Shown: positions 1 to 12,439 of the stretch, piece by piece
How positions within the stretch are numbered: position 1 is the first letter of the stretch
Layout: the number at the start of each line of letters is the position of its first letter
The notes under the pieces: model-generated
The model's database searches: none
Told to the model about the DNA's origin: nothing
The model's input: the letters and a program-made list of their open reading frames with translations, nothing else
Position numbers and translations under genes: made by a program
NCBI GenBank assembly: GCA_963808625.1
Contig: CAWEHK010000043.1
Span: 83,405-147,404, forward strand
DNA: 64,000 nucleotides
Reading direction: 5' to 3'
Source of the DNA: an uncultured delta proteobacterium
Lineage (GTDB): Bacteria; Desulfobacterota; Syntrophobacteria; Syntrophobacterales; Syntrophobacteraceae

Positions 1-1
1 G

Positions 2-193
2 AAAGGGATTTGGATTGAAAAGAAGGTGTTGCGGGATTTTCTTGCCGCCCAGCCGCAGAGCTTCTGGTCGGGCTGCAAGGAAGCCCGTATTAACGGGGCC
101 GAGGTAGCACCCGAAGCGGTGGTCAACTGGCCATGGCCGGACGAGGATGAGCACATTCGCCTGGCGGTGGAAGCAAGTGATCCCGAGGCCTGA
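2..193 (+). CDS. 3' end of a hypothetical protein running in from the window edge
   Basis: Open frame KGIWIEKKVLRDFLAAQPQSFW...EASDPEA* ending in TGA at 191-193; no family recognised. Confidence 0.4.
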   Translation, partial: KGIWIEKKVLRDFLAAQPQSFWSGCKEARINGAEVAPEAVVNWPWPDEDEHIRLAVEASDPEA

Positions 194-259
194 AGCGCTG
201 CGAGCAACGTCCGTGGGTCAGGGATTGAGGACGCTGCGAAAATTGCAGGGCAGGGTGTA

Positions 260-602
260 AGAGGCTGTCTGAAAATTCAATTTTTGCGCAAAACTCGAAG
301 GAAGAATCCCTCCGACCCACCTTTAAAAAGGGGGAGCTCGTTCGCTCGTTCCCGCTCGTTCGCTCGTTCGCTCGTTCCCAAGCTCCAGCTTCACTCGTTT
401 CGCTCGTTCCCAAGCTCTGCTTCGCTCGTTCGCTCGTTCCCAAGCTCCAGCTTGGGAACGCAGGCACGGAAGCTCCAGCTTCCTGTGCGTCTTGAGTATC
501 AGATGGTATCCACAAGTCCGACGAAGCTGGAGCTTCCAAGGAGGTGGGTTCCCAAGCCAGAGCTTGGGAACCAGCTTTAGGGGGAATTTTCAGACAGTCT
601 CT
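260..602. mobile_element. MITE-like non-autonomous element carrying REP-type palindromes
   Basis: Terminal inverted repeats AGAGGCTGTCTGAAAATTC / GAATTTTCAGACAGTCTCT (18/19 match); interior has repeated CTCGTTCG units and GTTCCCAAGCTC...GCTTGGGAAC palindromes; a similar left end occurs near 39887. Confidence 0.6.
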
Positions 603-866
603 AAGAACCGCAAGAGGCAGGCCGAGGAAGGGGACTTTGCCTGGTTCGGGAAAGCCTCAGGGCTTTGGCGATCAAGCTGCCTGCTCGTACCGTGAGATTT
701 GCCTGCTGCCTTCCTGATGATTAAGTTCAATTTGTCTCACCAGTGGGGGGAGATGACAGGGGCCGGGCTCGGCCCCGAAAAAAAGAAAACGTCCAGCCGA
801 TTGACTTTCATAGCCTCAAGACGCTAGGATTTACCCCTTAACGTAATCGGAAGGGAGGTAATTCAA

Positions 867-1214
867 GTGGGACCCGAACATCATCTCCCAATTTTTGGAT
901 CCACCGACTGCGGTTGCTGTGAGACCGGCGATCTGACCAGGGAAGAGAGCGGTCAAATCTATGGGTGCCACGAAAAGAGCACCGTTCTCACGCACCGGGA
1001 AGAAGAGGTCCTCAAGCGCATCAGGGAACTCGGTCTCGAAGCCAAAGCGCTCAGGGCCGAGCTGAAGCGCCTCGAGGAAGCAGAACCCGTTGATTTGCAG
1101 GCCAAACAAAGGGTCATGGAAGAACTGGAGAGCTTGCGCCGGATGCGTTCCGCCCTGGATTCGGAGCGGATCGCCGCCGCCGATGAGCGGATGCGCCTGT
1201 TAGGGCATGCTTAG
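867..1214 (+). CDS. Hypothetical protein (Cys-containing N-terminus, coiled-coil C-terminus)
   Basis: 115-aa ORF with GGAGG upstream, followed by a terminator-like hairpin. Confidence 0.6.
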   Translation: MGPEHHLPIFGSTDCGCCETGDLTREESGQIYGCHEKSTVLTHREEEVLKRIRELGLEAKALRAELKRLEEAEPVDLQAKQRVMEELESLRRMRSALDSERIAAADERMRLLGHA

Positions 1215-1262
1215 GAAAAGGGATAATCCAGGGACGGGTAAATCATCCTTGTTGAACTCCAC

Positions 1263-1296
1263 AAAAACCCGGCGGGCTGAGTTCTCCGGGTTTTTT
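1263..1296 (+). terminator. Intrinsic terminator-like hairpin
   Basis: AAAAACCCGG...CCGGGTTTTTT. Confidence 0.55.
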
Positions 1297-1576
1297 CATT
1301 GCTCCCCGGCACGACACCCACCCGCCAGAAAATCACCAGGCGATATTGGTGGGCAAGATGAAGCCTTGCCCACCCTACCGTGCTACTGTATTTGAAGCCA
1401 AGGGTGGGCTTCCGCTGACGTGTGCCGTCCAGATCAAACCATGGAGGGTGGGCACGTCTTCTTGTGCCCACGGAAACCGCGCATGAACTTAAGCTGGCAT
1501 GTGCCGGCCAGGTCAAGCCTGACCGGGCAGATGACCATCTGCCGCACATGACGAGCAATTCCGGGAGGAACGTAAC

Positions 1577-3832
<2,256 letters not shown>

Positions 3833-3851
3833 GCAACTGTCTCAAGTTGAA

Positions 3852-4068
3852 TGCCCTGAAAGGGCTTCATAAAATAGCCCAGGGTCAGCAACAGCGCCAC
3901 CCTGGGAGGGGAAGCCCAAATCTTTTCTTTACCCTGAAAGGGTTACATAAATCGTTGTACCGCTATGTTTTATGCAACCCCTTCAGGGTAGATAGTCGTG
4001 TTGTACCTGGCTCCCCAGGGTGGCGCTAGCGCTGACCCTGGGCTAATTTATCGAGCCCCTTCAGGGCA
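3852..4068. repeat. ~217-bp palindromic dispersed repeat (copy 1 of 3)
   Basis: TGCCCTGAAAGGGCT...CCCAGGGTCAGC...GCCACCCTGGG...AGCCCCTTCAGGGCA; other copies at 12324-13876 (IS-interrupted) and 51517-51745. Confidence 0.85.
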
Positions 4069-4586
4069 GTAAAGCTGGCTTGATGCATATGGGGTAAATC
4101 CCTCCCCTGCAGTCCGAACTCAAACATGTGCAGTTTCCGGATGAACACTGGTTAAGAACGGGCCGTGGTTCGCCGGCGAGCACACAGCGCGGCCTCAACC
4201 GGAACCAAAAACGCTTCACCACGAAGGACACGAAGACCGCGAAGAAATCTTCATAAACGTTGTCATCACCCTCGTTATGGTCTTCATTTTCTTCGTGCTC
4301 TTCGTGCTCTTCGTGGTAGATTTTTGCTGCCCTGGCGGAAGTCTGCCGGATGGTGTGCGGTGAAAAATATTTGCCCCGATTTGAAGCAATCAAGCGGGCA
4401 ATTCTTCGCTTGCATTTGTGAATTTACTCGCTATAGTAATGCGGCGTGTAGAGAGCGGTTCGATATTCAAAGTTATTTGGGAAGTCGGTCTTTCGCCTGA
4501 ATGAAACGGTTCCAAAATAGCTTCGAAGTAGCGCACCACCATTACCCAACAAAATTACCCAACAAAATTAAAAGAGGATCTACAAA

Positions 4587-4788
4587 ATGGCGGAAGGTCG
4601 AGTGAAGTGGTTTAATGACAGCAAGGGCTATGGTTTTATCCAGACCGACAGCGGCAAGGATGTTTTTGTGCATCACAGCGCCATCGAAGGGGAAGGATTC
4701 AAGTCGCTGAGCGAGGGCGACCGGGTCAGCTTCGTCGAGGAAAAAGGCACCAAAGGGACCGCAGGCAACTAAGGTGAGAAAACTCTAA
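4587..4788 (+). CDS. cspA: Cold-shock protein (one apparent +1 frameshift near 4757)
   Basis: [18 protein letters not shown]...[12 protein letters not shown]1/RNP2 motifs; removing one G restores [11 protein letters not shown] ending at 4788. Confidence 0.9.
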
Positions 4789-4824
4789 CCAGCACCAGGC
4801 TGATGAAGTTTAGGATTTGCGGGG

Positions 4825-4853
4825 AAGCCGGAGCGTGAAAAGCTCCGGCTTTT
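4825..4853 (+). terminator. Intrinsic terminator after csp
   Basis: AAGCCGGAGC-loop-GCTCCGGCTTTT. Confidence 0.7.
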
Positions 4854-4952
4854 CTATTTTCGGTTTCGCCCTGGGGAGCAAGATTTTGCGCTGATTGCTT
4901 GTTGCCTCAGAAGCGACGCTCATTCCTGCCGCACCGGCAGGCCCGGCGGCTA

Positions 4953-5273
4953 TCACCCCTGGTAGATGCCGCTGACGACATCGGCGATCTCACATTCGAG
5001 ATCATGTTCTTTGAGCAGGCGAACGATCTCGTGCAACTGGCCGGGATGATTCATGGCCACTTCGAGGTCGCCGGCCGCGTCGAGCACCGGGAACCGGTTC
5101 TCCCCGAGCACCCGCACCGCTTCCTCGAGCTTGTCAACCAACAGGCCCAGCACCGAGTATTCGGCCATGTAAGAAATCGGCAACGGCCGGGCCAGCCGAC
5201 AACACGCCTCGGGTTGCCCCCGGTCCTTGCCTGATCTCGTCTTCTCTTTCGCCAGTATGGGTAGCTTCCACAT
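4953..5273 (-). CDS. Hypothetical protein (start uncertain)
   Basis: ORF with a protein-like C-terminal half (YSVLGLLVD...EIADVVSGIYQG). Confidence 0.45.
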   Translation of the reverse strand: MWKLPILAKEKTRSGKDRGQPEACCRLARPLPISYMAEYSVLGLLVDKLEEAVRVLGENRFPVLDAAGDLEVAMNHPGQLHEIVRLLKEHDLECEIADVVSGIYQG

Positions 5274-5347
5274 CTTGTGTTGTCCGCTGGTTAGATATGG
5301 TAATTGGTTTTGTATACATGGATTTTGTCAGCTGAGTCAAACGCGAA

Positions 5348-5814
5348 ACGCGGCGCAGGGTGTAATCAGAAGTGGGAGTAACCTTCGTCCCGAATGCCTG
5401 CTGCTGAGCCACATCGTCATTCCGGCATTCTTCTAGCCGGAATCCAGGACTGTTTAACCACTGCAGATGTACTCCTGGATTCCGGCTTAAAGCGTGCCGG
5501 AATGACGATTTGCGTATGTCCAAAGCTATTATTGTTGCGTTCAGATCTGTCACAACTCTCACTTCTAATTGCACCCACGCGGCGCAGGGTGTAATCAGAA
5601 GTGGGAGTAACCTTCGTCCCGAATGCCTGCTGCTGAGCCACTATCGTCATTCCGGCATTCTTTAGCCGGAATCCAGGGCTGCATAACCACTGCCCATCTA
5701 CTCCTGGATTCCGGCTTAAAGCGTGCCGGAATGACGATTTGCGTATGTCCAAAGCTATTATTGTTGCTTTCAGTAATGTCACAACTCTGACTTCCATTCA
5801 CACCCACGCGGCGC
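5348..5814. mobile_element. Two tandem MITE-like elements (229-bp period)
   Basis: Units bounded by GGGTGTAATCAGAAGTG ... ACTTC(N)CACCC, separated and flanked by three copies of ACGCGGCGC (5348, 5577, 5806); interior GTCATTCCGGC...GCCGGAATGAC palindromes. Confidence 0.75.
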
Positions 5815-6035
5815 CCGGATTCGCCGCTGGCACCTGGGGCCGAATCGTGGCTCAAAACGGGCCGCCGGTGTCCGGCGCGATATGCTGCATTTGTCCTTCT
5901 GAGAAGGACGAAAAGGATAAATTGCATCCCTGTGAGAAGGATAAATTGCGTCGCCTCATGCGGCAGAAAATCTCCGAAGCGGCAGACTGGCTTCAAGGGC
6001 GTACCCCAGGTCCCTGGTAATGATAACAGCACCGA

Positions 6036-6058
6036 CCAGAGGGGGACACCCCCTCTGG
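6036..6058 (-). promoter_or_regulatory. GC-rich hairpin downstream of VR1 (candidate DGR target-recognition stem-loop)
   Basis: CCAGAGGGGG-ACA-CCCCCTCTGG, perfect 10-bp stem, about 93 nt past the target-1 stop codon. Confidence 0.5.
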
Positions 6059-6150
6059 ACTCCCCCGCGTCTCCTCGGACATCCCGCGTGCTCATGGGGC
6101 CACTCCCGGAGCCGAACATCAGAGTTTCAGAGACCCAGAGTCCAGAGTTT

Positions 6151-9100
6151 TCAGAGTTCAGAGGTGGAGGGAGGGGACGCCACCACCCGAAACCCGATAT
6201 TCCTGAGCCTGAGGTCCGGGAGGTTCCCGCCGCGGGCCGCACAGCGCACAAAGTCCGCATTGATGCCGAACGCGCCGCCGCGCAACACACGGCGAACCTC
6301 CCTCGAAGCATCCAGGTTCTCCCTCCCGTCCCTTGCATCGTAAGGATACTTAAACTCCGGCGTCTCCCAGTCCTTACCCCACAAACTCCGGGTCCACTCC
6401 CACACGTTGCCGCTCATATCCTCCACCCCATAGGGGCTGGCACCTTTAGGAAAACATCCCACCGCACTGGTGGAACCGATTCCCGTATCATCATAGTTCG
6501 CCCGGTCACGATCAAGCTCTTGTCCCCAGGGGTAGGTGCGACCGTCCGTTCCCCGCGCCGCCTTCTCCCATTCCGCTTCGCTGGGGAGGCGAACTTCCCA
6601 GGCGTCACCCAGTCTCTTCGCCCTTCGGAGCTCCTCGGTCAACCACCTGGTAAAGGCCAGGGCCTCATACCAGGTGATGCCAACCACCGGGTGGTTAGAC
6701 AGGCTGAATGGTTCCCCATAATCTTCCGGGTGCATCCGTGACTGAATCATGCCATTTTTCCACACCCCTTCCCTCTTGGCCTCACGCCAGTATTCCTCGA
6801 TCCGGTACCCGTCCGCATCCACAAAAGCCTGGAATTGACCGTTGGTCACGGGATATCGGGAAATCTTGTAAGCATAGGGGATATCGAATTCATATCCCTT
6901 GTCGTCTCCCATGGTGAATGGACCGGCGGGCACCTCGCACCAGGCAATGTCGGGCAGCCCATCGGCACCAAGTCCCACGCCAAGGCGGAAGTCCCCAAAC
7001 CGTGCCAAGGTGTTCGCCACATCCGAGCGCTCGACCGCCACCAGCGCGCCTGTTCCCACGAGGCCCGCAAGCCATTCTTTCACCCTCTCCAATAAGGGAG
7101 CATGGCGTGCTACGGCCTGGACGTCTTTCAGGCCGATCTCCAGCAGCGCTTCCCCGGCAAGGTGCGCCAGGCGGCAGTCGATCTCGGCAATGGCACCGCC
7201 CGCAATGGCGTGCGGGCAAAGCGCCGCGGCCACCTCCACCGCCAGGTGGGTGACGCGTTTGAGGCGAGCCATCACCCCCACCGCCCAGAGCGTCACCTGG
7301 CGCCACTGGGTATAGTTCTCGCGGGCCAAAGCGGCGGTAGCGTCCGGAAAGTCGGGCTGCACCGCCAGGTAACAGCCGGCCAGATACTCCTGGTAGCTGC
7401 GATGCGGAAAGGTGTAGACGCCCTTGCCGCGATCGATCAGCAGGCCGGCGCGGTGCTGGATGTCGGTAACAAGAAGCTTGGCGCGGTCCCAACTGCCCTC
7501 CAGGTAGTCCTTGAACACCCTCAGCAGCGTGGCCTCGTCGATATCGGCAGGACCCTGGGCACCCTTCTGCGCCAGGTGAACCTCGAAGGCCACCTGCTCC
7601 AACGCCGCTTCCAGCTTTTCCGAGCTCACCATCCGGTTGATGCTCGCCTCCGGCCCCAATCGGGCTTCCTGCCAGCGGACAAGCAACAGGCTGACCATCT
7701 GCTCGTAAAGCTTGACGCGATCATCGGGCAGCCGGCCCCAGGAGAAGTGGAGGGAGGCCATCATGGCCAACTGGAGCGGATTTTCAGCCAGGGGCGCCAG
7801 GTCCGGTCGGCGCGACAGCCTCCCGTAGGCGCCGGGCCTCTTCCGCGGCTTCCGCCTCGCTCTTCCAGCCCAGGCGGCATACCTCCCCATACCAGCAATC
7901 GATGAACGCCGCGATCTGTTTTTGGTCGAAGGGCGCCAGCGTGTGCTCTTTGAAACGATCCAGTTGGCAGCACGCGTCCTGGTACGCGTACCCCCGACAG
8001 GTCACGAGGTAGCGGTTTTCGGGGTGGTTGAAGGTGGCGGTGAAATCGGCCACCGCGTCACGGACGATCTGCCGCTGCGCGGGGTCGGCCACTTCGTCCA
8101 GGCCGTCCAGAAGGACCAGGACGCCGCCCTTCAGCAACTGTTGACGGAGGCCGGGTGCAAAGTCCGCCAGCTCCTGGCTGGCCAGGGTTTCGACGATGAA
8201 ATCCCAGAGGCCGGTGGCGGAGCCTCTGCAACGCTCGCTCTTGGCAAACTGGCGGAGCACCACCTGCACCGGCAGCAGCGGGCCGTGGGTCCACGCCGGC
8301 TGCAAGCGGTCCAACCAGCCGTCGCCAGGAAGCCATCCGGGCTCGCCCGCCTCCTCCAGCCGGGCGCCGGCCAGGCACAAGGCCAGGTGGTTGGCAAAAG
8401 TGGATTTGCCGCTTCCAGGGTCGCCCAGAATCACCAGGTAAGGCTCACGGGCCGCGGCCTCGAGCGCGGGAAGCAGCCGGCTCTCGCGTTCTTCCCGGAT
8501 CATGGCCTCCGACGGGCGCGGTGAAATTTCGCCTTCGGCTTCCAGTTTTTCACCGGCCACTTGGGTGCGCGTGTTGAGCGCGACGTAGATTTTGAGCAGG
8601 TCCAGGGTCTGTTGGCGAACACGTTCCACGGCACGGGGGTCGATCACTGCCAGAGGCAAAGCGTTGGCCGTCGCCTGGAGGCGGCGCAGGTAATTCGCTT
8701 CCAAACGGGCCAATTCGATCTCTGAGACGGCGGGTTGGAGAGCCACCGGGGGACGGCCTTTCCTCGCCGGTTTGCCGCCGGGCAATGGGAGCGGGAAGCG
8801 GAACTCCCCCTTGTCCACGTTGCGGTACGTCAGCGTGTCTCGGGCCCAAAAACCACCCTGGTGGTCGCTGTAAGTCCGCAGGATGACGACGCCCTCACCA
8901 GCCTCCAGATCGAGCCTCACCCAGTTGTATCCGTTCGGATAGTCGGCGGCTCTCATAGCCGGCGCCGGCGGCGATGATCATGGCCCCGGCATCGGGTGTT
9001 TTCAGGCTGAGCAGCCCGGTGCGGTGCAAGTGTCCGTGCAGGATGAAGCGACAACTGCCCATCAGGAGCGCTTCGCACTCTTCCCGGTCAAACTCGCACA

Positions 9101-9759
9101 GCCAGTCGAAAGGATGATGCAGCAGAGTGATACTCAGATCGGCACCTTGGGCGCAGAGCGATCGCCTGCCTTACCTGGCGCTCGCCAATTACCAGGCGGC
9201 CTCGATCCTCGTCTCCTCCCCGGGCCAGCCAGGCCGAGCTCAGCGCCAGGACAGCAAGCCGCCGGCCGGCGACGTCGAACGATTGTACCACGAAGGGAGC
9301 TTCATCCGTGAACGACCGGTCCGGGCTGAAATAGTCGTTTACAAACCGTGCATACGCGTCAAGGCGCTGAAAGAGCACGCGTCGGTCCGTATCGGCCGCC
9401 AGCACTTCGGCAACCGCCTCCCGGCTGTCCAGCGCCGACGCAATAGCCGATGCGCCCCTGGTGATGGCGGCCCGGTCCACGTCGTGGTTGCCCGGTGCAA
9501 CGAACAGGCGGGTCCTGGGCACGGCGGTGACCTGCAACAACTCATCGAAGAACTGCCTCGCGAGCTCGTACTCCTCAGCTTTGCCGCTGAAAGCAATGTC
9601 CCCGGTGATCGCGATGAAGTCGGGGCGCAAGTGGTCTTCCGTAATCCGGGTCTCCACATCGTCCACCAGTTTGCGCAGCACGATGTCACGATCCCAGGTG
9701 TGCCCCTCGCCGGCACGGAAGTGGAGGTCGGAGAGGTGAAGCCAGGTTATTGTGGACAT
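6151..9759 (-). CDS. DGR target 1: metallophosphoesterase - NACHT NTPase - FGE-sulfatase (CLec) protein, split by apparent frameshifts near 9140, 8950 and 7850
   Basis: LHLSDLH, TGDIA, PGNHD, HHP and HGHLH phosphoesterase motifs; GDPGSGKST Walker A, LLDGLDEV Walker [40 protein letters not shown]...GFRVV. Confidence 0.88.
6175..6294 (-). repeat. DGR variable repeat VR1
   Basis: 120-nt ungapped match to TR with 16 mismatches, all at TR adenines; encodes [40 protein letters not shown]. Confidence 0.95.
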
Positions 9760-9832
9760 GCGAGAGCCTCCGTATCAGGTTAACGTCGATTTGTGCGCTC
9801 ACAGGAGGGCGGGTTTTCCAACCCGCCGAACT

Positions 9833-11083
9833 TTACATGCAAATTCCTATACGATCGAGTAAGACCTCTGCTACGAAAAGTTCTTTTATAGGTCTTCGGG
9901 TGTGCTGAGGCGACACGAACGACTGCGGATAAGCTCTCAAAGGTGACCTCACGCGAAGGCGCGAAGACGCAAAGCGAAGCAAGAAACCTTCTTTCGGCTC
10001 TTTTTGCTTCGCAACAGATTTACCGCTCGACTCACCGCTACCCCTCCTCCTGCTCAATGGTACACTCAGTACCGCCTTCCGCAATCCCACGGTATTCCCG
10101 TAGCGGGCATGATTGACCCAGCCCTTGACGCTTTCGGTAACACGCTCCAGGGGTAATTCTCCAGCCTTAAATGACGCGATGAGTCGCTTCAGCCTCCGCC
10201 GGTAGAACATCCCTTTCCTGCGCTTCAAACGACGCCGGTCAGGGTACACCAGAAAGCCCAGGAAGGGAAAACCTTCGTCTACCGGTCGCGGATGAGCACC
10301 TTGATGAATCGTTACACGCAAACGAGCCAGCCTGGCTTCTGCGCCCTGCTTCCAATCCCAGAGCGTCGGCTTGTCGTCGGCAAAAAGAAGGAAATCGTCC
10401 ACGTAACGCACGTAGGCCTTGCACCGCAGTTCTCGCTTCACAAAGTGGTCGAACGGGTTGAGATAGCAATTCGCCCAGAACTGGCTGGTGAGGTTCCCGA
10501 TGGGCAAGCCTCGTGGTCGGTTTATGGCCATGAGATCATCGCCGGCGAAATAGACCATGTCATAGTGTTCGCTCAGCACCCCGATGCCGCTTTCCAAAAT
10601 GAGGCCGATCAGCCAGAGCACGTCCCTATCAGTGAGCTTTCGAGCAAGAATGGTCCGGAGGATCGCATGATCGATACTCGGAAAGAACTGGCGGACATCA
10701 CCCTGGAGGACATACCGATATTGACGCGCCAGTTTCTGTGCCCGGTTGAGGGCCCGATGCGTGCCTTTGCCCACCCGGTTTGCGTAGGAGTCGGCGATAA
10801 AGGTGCGCTCAAAGACCGGTTCGATGAGGTTGCACAGGGCATGATGGACCACCCGGTCCCGGAACGGCGCCGCCGAAATCAGGCGGCGTTTGGGCTCATG
10901 GATCGTGAAACTGGTGTAGGGGCCGGGCCGGTAGACCTTCGAGCTCAGCTCCTCGCGCAGCTCCAGGAGATTGTCTTCGAGGCGATATTCAAAGGCTGCC
11001 ACATTGGGGTGCCCGCGCTTCCCGGTGGCTGCCCGCCGAAACGCAAGGAGCAGATTCTCAAATGAACAGAGCTCATCGAACAT
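9833..11083 (-). CDS. DGR reverse transcriptase
   Basis: EPKRRLISAAPFRDRVVHHAL, GKGTH, DVRQFFPSIDH, GLPIGNLTSQFWAN, YVRYVDDF, FLGF; lies directly after TR; the C-terminal tail runs through a REP-like insert. Confidence 0.93.
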   Translation of the reverse strand: MFDELCSFENLLLAFRRAATGKRGHPNVAAFEYRLEDNLLELREELSSKVYRPGPYTSFTIHEPKRRLISAAPFRDRVVHHALCNLIEPVFERTFIADSYANRVGKGTHRALNRAQKLARQYRYVLQGDVRQFFPSIDHAILRTILARKLTDRDVLWLIGLILESGIGVLSEHYDMVYFAGDDLMAINRPRGLPIGNLTSQFWANCYLNPFDHFVKRELRCKAYVRYVDDFLLFADDKPTLWDWKQGAEARLARLRVTIHQGAHPRPVDEGFPFLGFLVYPDRRRLKRRKGMFYRRRLKRLIASFKAGELPLERVTESVKGWVNHARYGNTVGLRKAVLSVPLSRRRGSGESSGKSVAKQKEPKEGFLLRFASSRLRVRSPLRAYPQSFVSPQHTRRPIKELFVAEVLLDRIGICM

Positions 11084-11279
11084 GGCAAGCCATCTCAAAA
11101 AAAGATGATCCTGCACCAGGGTCAGGGGACCAAGGGTGCAGGATCGTTGTTATTCGCCCGGCCCGGTCTGACCCGAGCGCGGCCGGGAACAGACTCCGCT
11201 ATTTTTCGCCTCGGCCCGAAAGGGAGGAAGCCCCGTCGGGCAATCCCGGCAGGAACGCCGTTCCCGCTGCGAAAATTGT

Positions 11280-11399
11280 GGACGCCACCACCCGAAACCC
11301 GATATTCCTGTTCCTGTTGTTCGGGTTGTTCCTGTTGCGGGCCGCACAGCGCACATTGTTCGCATTGTTGTTGAACGCGCCGCCGCGCAACACACGGCG
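11280..11399 (-). ncRNA. DGR template repeat (TR)
   Basis: Intergenic between avd and RT; reads [40 protein letters not shown]; 28 adenines (12 AAY, 3 AGG, 1 ATC codons), all other codons adenine-free. Confidence 0.95.
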
Positions 11400-11421
11400 T
11401 TTCCGAGTCTGTCCCCGCAAC

Positions 11422-11443
11422 ACCGGGGCCCGCAGGCCCCGGT
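11422..11443 (-). promoter_or_regulatory. Hairpin just 5' of TR
   Basis: ACCGGGGCC-CGCA-GGCCCCGGT, 9-bp perfect stem. Confidence 0.45.
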
Positions 11444-11632
11444 AATTGCCCTGTTTCTAAGTGCAGCGCCGCACAAACAACGTGTCACTAACCAGTTGAT
11501 GCACAGAACGTCGGGTTTCAAGCTTCCTCATCGAATCACGGCATTGTGAACCGCAATCATGGTGAGGAACGAAACCCAACCTACGAGACTGACAACTCGG
11601 ACACTTTATTGTGCAGCGGTGAACTAGTCCAA

Positions 11633-11742
11633 CAACGGTACATTGGTGAAACTCCAATCCGTGTGGCGAAAGGCTTTCCAGCCTGCCATGCCGAAGCGGC
11701 CAAAAGGCAGGCTGGAAAGCCTGCCCCACAGATTAAGGCCCC
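11633..11742. repeat. REP-like palindromic repeat, inverted copy at 51260-51369
   Basis: GGCTTTCCAGCCTGCC...GGCAGGCTGGAAAGCC core; near-identical reverse complement at 51260-51369. Confidence 0.8.
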
Positions 11743-11816
11743 GAAGCGGAAACGCTCGTTTCTGAGAGCGTACTAAGTTTGGTTCCAGGCAGATGACGTA
11801 GGCAAAATGACGCCGG

Positions 11817-12170
11817 TCACCTCGGTTGTCGGGTCACTTTCTGCCAGCCGCCCAGTAACCGGCCGATTTCATTTGCCATGACCGCAACGTGTTCGTATTG
11901 CCCCAGAGAGAGCCAGCCCCATCGTGCGGCCAGCCGCAGATACATGCGCATTTTTGCCAGGGCCTCATCGGCCAGGAGCAACTGCTCGATGCGGGCATTG
12001 GCCTTCCGCAGGTTGGCTTCTTCCAGTCGTTCGCGCAGGTCGAAAGCCGCATCCAGCAGGCGCCGGGTGAACGTATGCCGGTGGGCTTTCGGAAAATGAT
12101 TCGTCGCGGGAAGCAGCCAGGTCAGCAGGTCGAAGGTGCGGGTAAAAATGGGCATTTCCTGTTGGCTCAT
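11817..12170 (-). CDS. avd: DGR accessory variability determinant (bAvd-like four-helix bundle)
   Basis: 117 aa; PIFTRTFDLLTWL...FPKAHR...EIGRLLGGW; directly upstream of TR and RT. Confidence 0.9.
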   Translation of the reverse strand: MSQQEMPIFTRTFDLLTWLLPATNHFPKAHRHTFTRRLLDAAFDLRERLEEANLRKANARIEQLLLADEALAKMRMYLRLAARWGWLSLGQYEHVAVMANEIGRLLGGWQKVTRQPR

Positions 12171-12439
12171 CGGCTCCTTTGCTCACATTATGCACTGGAT
12201 GTCATTTCGAAGTGATCAACCATCCCTCGGCAATGCCACCGCAGGAATGCCTCCATAGGCACCACGCTACGGATTACCCGAGTTGAAGTTATGCCTGCGA
12301 CTGGTTGCCCGTCGGGTGATGAGTGCCCTGAAAGGGCTTCATCACATAGCCCAGGGTCAGCAACAGCGCCACCCTGGGAGGGGAAAGCCAATCCCCTTTC
12401 CTTTACCCTGAAAGGGTTAGATAAATGGTTACCGTCGGT

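Noticed and set aside
4541..4570. 13-bp tandem duplication in the csp leader (ATTACCCAACAAA x2)
   Set aside because: Real but too short to assign a function; may be slippage or an assembly artefact
5348..5814. CRISPR array
   Set aside because: Only two 229-bp near-identical units with no unique spacers and no cas genes
9833..11116. RT as a group II intron, retron or CRISPR-associated RT
   Set aside because: No maturase/endonuclease extension, intron domain V or cas genes were seen; the adjacent avd and the TR/VR adenine pattern identify a DGR
11199..11423. 74-aa Asn-rich ORF as a protein-coding gene
   Set aside because: It is the conceptual translation of the template repeat
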